The position numbers and the translations under genes were made by a program. The notes below the pieces were generated by a model. It made no database searches, was not told where the DNA came from, and was given only the letters and a program-made list of their open reading frames with translations. A stretch of 42,185 bases of DNA from Sarea resinae. Lineage: Eukaryota. Of this stretch, positions 34,646 through 42,185 are shown in pieces; the stretch's first letter is position 1; each line of letters starts with the position of its first letter. The DNA is taken from assembly GCA_026026165.1 (NCBI GenBank), contig JAPEUD010000117.1:1-42185 (forward strand), given 5' to 3'.

Positions 34646-36312
34646 ATGAATTCGAATTGGTTGAGGACGCTGAGGTCGCTCCCAGCTCCAACGTTGCAAC
34701 GCAATGGGATTTGCGCTCGGGCAACTACTGTTGCCTCCCGTTCTCCAAGCATCAGATGGAGCACTACTGCTACGCGGAAGTGGTCGACGCCACTAGCTAA
34801 AAGTCTGGCTGAAGCTATCACAGTATGATTTACTCTTTCTTGTTTGATTCTAGAAACCTAATCAGGGTCTAGACAACCGGCCCGATATCACTGGCAGCTT
34901 ATATGCGGCAATGTCTGACCTCGCCCGAAGGCGGATACTATACGTCCAGGACGGAAGGAAGAGATCAATTCGGCCAGAAGGGAGATTTCATCACGTCTCC
35001 CGAAATATCTCAGATATTTGGGGAGCTTCTGGGTATATGGGTTGTTGCAGAATGGATGGCCCAGGGAAGAAAGGGCCATGGAGTAGAATTGATCGAGGTT
35101 GGACCTGGGAGAGGCACTTTGATGGATGATATGCTACGGGTCCGTGATCCTTTTGCTACCTCTGAATGCGGCAAGACAAGTTGCTAACTCTCACTAGAGT
35201 ATTAGGAACTTTAAGCCACTTGCCTCGAGCATTGAAGCAGTCTACTTGGTAGAAGCTAGTCCGTCGCTGAGGGAGGCGCAAAAGAAACTGCTCTGTGGGG
35301 ATGCCCCAATGGAAGAGACCGAAATCGGTTTCCAAAGCACGAGCAAATACCAAAATATTCCGGTCTTTTGGTGTGAAGACATACGATTTGTTCCGAAAGG
35401 TGATTGCTCCTCAGAGAAGCTCTGATGTGGCATTAACTCATTCTCTCTTCAGGAACCGGCAAAACTCCATTCATCATCGCCCACGAATTTTTCGACGCTC
35501 TTCCAATCCACGCTTTTGAATCCGTTGCCCCCAGCCAAGAATCTCAAATAATTACATCGACGGCTACAGCACCACCCCGACCTTCTGCTTCCAAGGAACC
35601 GCAATGGCGCGAATTTCTTGTCTCACCAACGCCGCCAGCGTCGACACATACCACGCTCTCCACACCGACCTCTCAGCGCTCTTCATTCGATCCCCCGGAG
35701 TTCGAGCTCACTCTGTCCAAGGCCTCGACGCCGCACAGCTTGTACCTCCCTGAGATTTCAGAGCGCTACAAAGCACTCAAGGCTCGTCCAGGTTCCGTGG
35801 TTGAAATCTCACCAGAGAGTCTTTCCTACGCCGAAGAATTTGCTCGTCGCATTGGAGGCGACGGCCGGTCAAGGCAGTCGGCATCAGGTGCTGCTCTGAT
35901 ATTAGACTACGGTCCTGCGTCAACAGTACCGATCAACTCCTTGCGGGGCATCCGCGCCCACCGGTCCGTGTCGCCCTTCTCGTCGCCCGGACTGGTGGAT
36001 CTGTCTGCCGACGTGGATTTCGTCGCTCTTGCGGAGGCGGCTTTGAACGCCAGTCCGAACGTTGAGGTTCACGGGCCGGCAGAGCAAGGATACTTTCTAC
36101 AGGCGATGGGCATCCAGCAGCGAGCAGAGCAGTTGCTGAAAGGGGTAAAGAAAGACGATGAAGAGATCAAGGAGAGGATCGAAGGTGCCTGGAAGCGGCT
36201 CGTGGAAAGGGGGGTGGGAGGTATGGGTAGGATATACAAGGCCATGGCTATTATTCCCCTTACAGAGGGGAAGAGAAGGCCGGTTGGGTTTGGTGGAGAT
36301 GTAGAGTCCTGA
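34646..36312 (+). CDS. NDUFAF7: NDUFAF7/MidA mitochondrial SAM-dependent protein arginine methyltransferase (complex I assembly); exons 34646-34822, 34873-35139, 35198-35399, 35453-36312 (501 aa)
   Basis: Arg/Ser-rich presequence without acidic residues; GPISLAAYMRQCL, FGQKGDFITSPEISQIFGEL, EVGPGRGTLM, LVEAS, AHEFFDALP, ILDYG, DLSADVDF and MGRIYK motifs; three canonical introns. Confidence 0.93.
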
Positions 36313-37340
36313 TCGAGATTAACGGTTACACGAGATGGGGGTTTTGCTGGTGCGACTAGGGTAGATACACGGCCGTGTCAATAGGTAGACGTTACGTGTA
36401 GCATAGAATTGGCCTGGAATTGGAACACAGGGAGTCTCGGAGGTTATTTGAGCTCTTTGGCGATCGATTTCCCGAAAACGTGTATATATTCCGGCCAGCC
36501 ACGCGAGAAGATCCGAGAGCCAGCCAGCCAGCCAGCCAGCACGCAAAGCACGCAAGCAAACATGCACGAGACTGAGATGGGGATGTAATTCGCTCGGTGA
36601 GGGGGATCACGAGAGGGTAATAGAATGCTGATATAAACGCTGCCCCTCTCTTGATCGCCTGCCCCATCGTCGTCCAGTACTATTGACCGCCATACAGTCA
36701 CGACCACGTTATCGTTGCTGGGAGTGGGGACTCTGTGTTCTTATATGATTAGGTGCCCAGCGGCATTGCGTTATTGGCACTCTTGGCACTCTTGCCGACC
36801 CCAGGGGATGCGAACGCCTCAACCCCCACCCCGCTCCGCTCCGCATCGTTTCTGCACAGGGGTCTGTGACTCGCCGAACCATCTCCTCACCTTTCCCCGT
36901 TGATTATTATTGCCTGCCTCAAAAGTCCAACGGTTCTTGCAGTCCAGCTCTACTGGAGTTTCCGCCCCCCACCCTTCCCCCATTAGCCGAGAGACGCCAT
37001 CGTCATTCCGCGCATTGAATAGGTTGTGTTCTGCATTTCCCCATCCCCATCGTCTGCGGCCTGTCATCTGAGGATCCGATCAGCAATTCCTTCAACCCAT
37101 CAGATCAGATCTGATCGAATCATCCCTCTGGCGAGTCCATACTCTACTGACTTGACCTGCTCTCCATTCTCTACATCCTCTACACCGTCCGCACACTCTG
37201 CACACTCTATACACCACTGAGCACGGCACGGCACGGCACTCCACTCGCAACAAGCTGCCTCTTGCTCGGCCCAAAGAGGGAGGTGTTAGCTGCACCGTCC
37301 GCGTGCCCGCCATCTCTTCACTATTCCTTAGCACATCAGG

Positions 37341-39002
37341 ATGCCGTCACCTCCGCCCCCCACCACCTCCCCTTCGCCCCGTCCGTCTCCTCTACTGCCT
37401 TCCGCAGAGCTTGAGGCTCCCACCGTCTCGGCAACTTCCACCGCGGAGAGCCACAGTCGGAGCCCAACCCATATCTCCGTCTCCTCTCTAGCCTCACAGC
37501 AGGATGGCCGACGAACTTCAATTCAGTTTGCGCCTCATGCTTCAGGCACCCAACGGCCTTCAGGAGTCCCCAAACGTGCCCCTTCGAACCGTCAGCGGAG
37601 GATGTCTTCGCCTCCACCACCCGCGTAAGTCCTTCATACCTACTGTCTACCATTTAAACTTCTGGGCTCCTGTGCCCGAATCCGGGGCGCACCTTCCTCT
37701 GCATTCAGTGTAACTTTTCGCTTATGCTCTTTGACCCCGCAATAAAGCACATGTTATCTTGCTGGGTCTGCTTTCATGAGTCTAGAGGCATTCAAGTATG
37801 TCTTCACGAAGGGAATTGAGGCTGATTCAGGATGAGAACAGGGTCTTTCGGCCGCGCGTGTCATTTGATACCTTCGACAATCGCGATGCCACCGACTTCT
37901 CTTTGACTCTCAACTGCAAACATCGAGACTATCAATATACGCGGCGCTCGCGGACTTTTCTCTGCGGTACAGATTCAAACGATTACTCCGAATTTGCCCT
38001 CGAATGGCTGATCGATGAACTGGTGGACGACGGTGACGAAATTGTCTGCCTGCGAGTTGTCGAAAAGGATTCGAAGATTACCAGTGATGCTAGTGTCGAA
38101 GAGGGGCGATATCGAAAGGAGGCTCACAAGTTCCTTGATCGGATCATTGATAAAAATTCAGATGAGAAAGCAATCAATTTGGTCTTGGAATTCGCGGTTG
38201 GGAAGGTACATGATACGATTCAGCGCATGGTCAGTGCCCTTTGATTTGGATTCGTTTTTACGATACTGACGATTTTATACTACAGATTCAAATATACGAG
38301 CCGGCAATATTGGTTGTCGGAACGCGTGGTCGCAGCCTTGGAGGCTTTCAAGGTCTTCTCCCTGGATCAGTTTCGAAATACTGTCTTCAGCATTCTCCGG
38401 TCCCCGTCATCGTGGTACGTCCAACGTACAAGCGAGAGAGGAAGAAGCAAAAGCGACTAGCGGACCCAACGCGACGAGGATACATGGACATTCTGGAAAA
38501 AAGTGGAGCAAAAGGAGGACATATCCTGGACAGAAGCCACATCAACAGCTTGGTCGATGATGCTCCTCTAGCTGCGGATGGAGAGGCTGCAGCTGTGGCC
38601 GCTGCGATCGGGATTTCGGCTGCCGGCTTGACGCCGCTGTCGAAGGTCGAGTCCGCCAGAAGCGACAAGACCGACAAGACCGACAAGACAGATGCCACTG
38701 CGCCGGAACTGGAAGGAGTAGTCATGAAGAGCCCTGAGCTGCAAAATCTCGAGAGTCCGCCGATCAGTAACGCCAGCGATGACGAAGAAGAAGGAGACGA
38801 GAACCAATTCGAGGCTGTTCCTGGCCACTTGCTTGTCTCGGAAGAGAAACATGGGGAGGACGGGGAGGACGGGGAGGGTCAGACGGACGAAGCGAATCCT
38901 CTCCCACACTCGGACATTCCGATCCCGACTGTTATCGAGCCAGCAGCAGACTCAGAGCCGGAGAAAGGAGAGGCGGAGGAAAAGGACGACAAGGGAACCT
39001 GA
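37341..39002 (+). CDS. Universal stress protein (USP)-domain protein; exons 37341-37624, 37842-38229, 38286-39002 (462 aa)
   Basis: USP fold motifs FLCGTDSNDYSEFALEWLIDELVDDGDEIVCLRV and ILVVGTRGRSLGGFQGLLPGSVSKYCLQHSPVPVIVV; disordered P/S-rich N-terminus and acidic C-terminus; introns 37625-37841 and 38230-38285 keep the frame. Confidence 0.9.
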
Positions 39003-39652
39003 AGGCCCTGGAAGCTCAGCGACTTCTTTGAATTCTCCGAAACGTTGCCAGCATGATTATACCTAACGGTCTCTGCTTGCGTCTCTGCTTACACCTCATG
39101 TTCTTATACCAATCGAGCATTGCTTTTGAGTCATTGACGAATTATTCGGGCCTGCTATGGAATTGAAGCCCCTTACTTTGTAGCATCATGAGTATATATA
39201 CACCGCGGGACTCGTGGTGAGAGCCTTAATGCGTAAGGTGCGCAGTATGCAGTACCTCGTACAATGGATCATTGATATTAGCTTGGTCTTCAGGTAGTCT
39301 ACAGGTACTCGGTAGACACATGACGGGTACGCCTCGTTCGCGTACTCTCTTGGACGACGAAGCCGCTTTGTGATACATCACAAAGGTGGTATCCATCAAG
39401 TATCTTTAAGATGGTTCCGTGTACATGTACTGCGTATACATATCCGGCCCTGGCCACCAAGTGCGTCAACCGACGTTATTGCTGCTCTATCTTTAGAGAC
39501 TCGAGGTCGACTACTGCGCAGTACGCAGGACAGCTATCACGACTATCGTCAACCATCGTTGCGCGTTCTGTACACTTCCAATGCGTCGGTCCGCCCAGTC
39601 TGCAGCATCAATTACAAGTCCATGCTACTGATCACCGAAGCGCGACTAGACT

Positions 39653-41275
39653 ATGCTCCCCAATGCAAACGATTGCGATGACTGCGTTCCGGCATATCTG
39701 CAGCGCAGCTTGCAGTCCCATTCCGCCTCGACGATAGTCTTCTCGTCAGTCCCATTCGTCCTCACGTTCTTCGTCGTCGGAACCACAGTGCTGCAAAAGA
39801 TATTCCCTCTTGTGTCAGGGGAGACGTGTCTGAAAGGTAGCAGCCATGAGAATCATCAGCTGCCGACGTCGTGGCATTTCCGCCAAAGCTCCTCCAGCTC
39901 CTATACCCCGTCTAGGCCATCAATCAAGAGACTTGCCGCGTTTACATTCTCCATCACGATTGCGCTCGCTACTGTCCTCACGGAGCTGATCCTGTGCGAG
40001 ATATCGAATACGCTTAATCCAGCAGCGCGGACTCTGGCGCTGAAGGTTACCGTGTCTACATTGCTGTTTCTTCTTATCGTTGTCACGCCGCTCCTCGAGC
40101 TACATTCGATTATTTTAGCTGCAGGGCTGAACTTTACTGGAGGATCAAAGAGCAGTCTGAGATTGGCATGGTTGATGGAGGCTGTGGGATTTGCAACGTG
40201 GATTGCCACATTTTGGTGGGCCGGACAAAGCCTGCTAGGCGCCTCCGTGCGCGAAGGAGAGTCCAAGAGCTCGACCAATTTGAGCGAGGCCTGTTTGGAG
40301 AGGATTGGGGTGATTGGAATATCGCTCATGGCCTTGCTGTCTGGGTTTGCGTCCGTGAGCTCGCCGTGGCAGAGCTTCGGGGTAAAGAATCGGCCAGTCA
40401 GCGAGGCAGATATTGGACGCAAGAAGACCGGCTTAGATGCCACCAATGACATGCTAATCACCAAGCGCAGTCGGCTTCGACTGCTCGAGAGGAAATTGTC
40501 TACGGCGCCCGAAGAGGGCTTCATGACGAAAGTCATTGGCTCCATCCGGGGCAACGCCGATCTACAAGAACGGCGAGCTCTCCAGCTCGAGATTTCCGGC
40601 CTGGAGACGATGCGCCTCTCGCTCTCCAGCTCGCTGTCGATGCTCCAAAATCGGCGCCAGACGCAACAGCGATCATCGACTCTAACGGGACGCGCCCTCG
40701 TCCTGACCTCGTATATCTTCTCGCTCTACTGCATCTATCGCATCCTCGCGACCTCGATCACCACTCTTCGCCGGTGGTGGCAGCCCAATGCCGCCTTCTC
40801 AGATACAGACCCCATCAATAATTTTCTGGCCATTATTGCCAAGCATTGGGACCCGACTCTTGACCGCCTCGCTTGGTCCCGCCAGATTTCCTTTTTGCTA
40901 TCTGGTGTTATATTGCTTGCCTCCTTCAACTCCGTCCTCCAAACCTTCTACCTCTTCTCTCGCTTCACGCCCTCGATACTCGCTCACACGCAGGCGAACC
41001 TCGCCCTTCTCGTCAGCCAGATCAGCGCTACCTACGTCATCTCCTCGGCACTGCTCCTGCGCAGCAATCTGCCCCGGGAAGTCGGCAGCGTCATCTCGGA
41101 GGCGTTGGGCGCGCCGCTGGAGCCGCGGTTCGTCGATCGCTGGTTTGAGGGGTGGTTCCTGACTGCCAGCGCGCTCACGGCCGTGGGGATTTTCGTGGGC
41201 AAGAAAGTCGGCGGGAACGGCGAATGGGATGATGATATTGATGACGGCGACATCGAGTTGGGGAAGAGATCTTGA
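39653..41275 (+). CDS. GPR89/GPHR (Golgi pH regulator, ABA-GPCR-like) multi-pass membrane protein, intronless (540 aa)
   Basis: About nine hydrophobic segments; motifs ELILCEI, LERIGVIGISLMALLSGFASVSSP, DPI, WSRQISFLLSG, YVISSALLLRSNLP and DRWFEGWFL characteristic of the GPHR_N and ABA_GPCR domains. Confidence 0.88.
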   Translation: MLPNANDCDDCVPAYLQRSLQSHSASTIVFSSVPFVLTFFVVGTTVLQKIFPLVSGETCLKGSSHENHQLPTSWHFRQSSSSSYTPSRPSIKRLAAFTFSITIALATVLTELILCEISNTLNPAARTLALKVTVSTLLFLLIVVTPLLELHSIILAAGLNFTGGSKSSLRLAWLMEAVGFATWIATFWWAGQSLLGASVREGESKSSTNLSEACLERIGVIGISLMALLSGFASVSSPWQSFGVKNRPVSEADIGRKKTGLDATNDMLITKRSRLRLLERKLSTAPEEGFMTKVIGSIRGNADLQERRALQLEISGLETMRLSLSSSLSMLQNRRQTQQRSSTLTGRALVLTSYIFSLYCIYRILATSITTLRRWWQPNAAFSDTDPINNFLAIIAKHWDPTLDRLAWSRQISFLLSGVILLASFNSVLQTFYLFSRFTPSILAHTQANLALLVSQISATYVISSALLLRSNLPREVGSVISEALGAPLEPRFVDRWFEGWFLTASALTAVGIFVGKKVGGNGEWDDDIDDGDIELGKRS

Positions 41276-42165
41276 CACGCTCTTCTGATTTGCTTTTTTT
41301 TTCAATCATCACTTGATCACTTGTCACTGTTTTTTGGGGAGGCAGGGGGGGGCGTTACAGGCGCTGTGGGACAAGGATTTGAACTACGGTGGAAACAACG
41401 GATCCAAGCGATCGAAAAGACACGGGACAGGAGGGAAGGGCGCCAATGGACAGGACGATCCTGTTATACTGTACTGTATTTTACTGTACTAAACCGTAGT
41501 AGACGATTTGCCTCACCTCTCCCTGCCTTTTCACGCTATCAGGCATACAGAATCCAATCAGAAAACGCAGAGCCGACTCGACTCGAGTCCGAACCTCTGT
41601 CTCCTGAGCTAGAAATCTTTCTGTATCGCCAAGACCCTGTGCATGTCGTCGTCGTCGTCGTATACTGTATTCCAAACATCCGGTCTGTCTTTTGCTTCGT
41701 TTCCAGTCGTGAGCCAGGACCGTAAACATCCTATCTAGACTCAAATACACTCTGAAAAGCATCCCAGGGCACACACACGGGGCCTTGGATTGTCGGAAAA
41801 TTCGGTGGGGTAGTCATTGATGGCTTAGCATTTATATTGCTTGCTTGCCTGTTTCTTCATGTCTTTATTTTCTACTAACGTTATCTCTACCCATCTACCC
41901 ATCTACCCATCTTTCTATCTCGCCACATATACAAACGAGACGCATGACCGCGTAACGTAAAACATGCCAGGCCCCTGCTCTCTCTTTAGCTATGTAAGCG
42001 GTGTTGGTGTTTGTCTGCGCACGACACTGGCGCCCTGGCGTCTACAGCCGCGTCTTCGTTTCCGAACATGTTGGCCCCTGACCCCTGACCCTTGGCTGTC
42101 ACCACAGGTCTCCGGGAAAGGGGGCGGATGATCGGGTCCCAGTCTTTTTTTTCCCTTCGACCGTC

Positions 42166-42184
42166 GGGGGGGGGGGGGGGGGGG
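42166..42184. repeat. Poly-G homopolymer (19 nt) at the window end
   Basis: Read directly from the sequence. Confidence 0.9.
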
Positions 42185-42185
42185 T

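Noticed and set aside
37786..37795. Possible 10-nt micro-exon (TAG|AGGCATTCAA|GTATGT) in USP intron 1
   Set aside because: Frame is preserved only with a 35-nt downstream intron, much shorter than any other here; the simple 217-nt intron already gives a correct frame.
1225..41275. Stop-codon readthrough or cryptic peroxisomal extensions
   Set aside because: None of the stops I checked (eIF4G, catalase, CDK11, NDUFAF7, USP, GPHR) has the TGA-CTA readthrough context.
1..42185. CRISPR arrays, tRNA/rRNA/snRNA genes, intact transposons, secondary-metabolite cluster
   Set aside because: No repeat-spacer arrays, no tRNA A/B-box cloverleaf, no transposase/RT/integrase or PKS/NRPS motifs recognised by eye. 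A covariance-model scan would be needed to exclude small ncRNAs.

Overview
Eukaryotic DNA from a filamentous ascomycete (Pezizomycotina-like): short GT-AG introns of about 50 nt with CTRAC/CTAAT branch sites, in a gene-dense housekeeping neighbourhood. I could splice 13 protein-coding genes by hand into complete reading frames: eIF4G (-), DNA polymerase alpha catalytic subunit (-), peroxisomal catalase (+), RER1 (-), an 88-aa 11-mer-repeat LEA/hydrophilin-like protein (-), a GT25 glycosyltransferase (-), a VPS9-domain Rab5 GEF (-), Atg15 lipase (+), CDK11/PITSLRE kinase (-), NDUFAF7/MidA methyltransferase (+), a USP-domain protein (+) and a GPR89/GPHR-like membrane protein (+) (12 named here; the 13th candidate is a probable decayed gene, listed as a pseudogene and not intact). 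No tRNA, rRNA, CRISPR array or intact transposon was recognised. I found no clear-cut new multi-gene system. The most notable unexplained signals are: (1) dense clusters of GTAC/TACGGAGTA motifs and short palindromes a few hundred bp upstream of many genes; (2) a 168-nt in-frame, stop-free intron in eIF4G plus an AUG-free leader with an A10 tract; (3) an accessory interval (about 20.5-26.9 kb) in which an intronless GT25 gene is flanked by opposite-strand exon/intron remnants; (4) short linear motifs suggesting untested functions (a ULM-like motif in CDK11, four Cys-Trp loops plus KDEI in Atg15). All gene identities come from motif recognition, not database searches.
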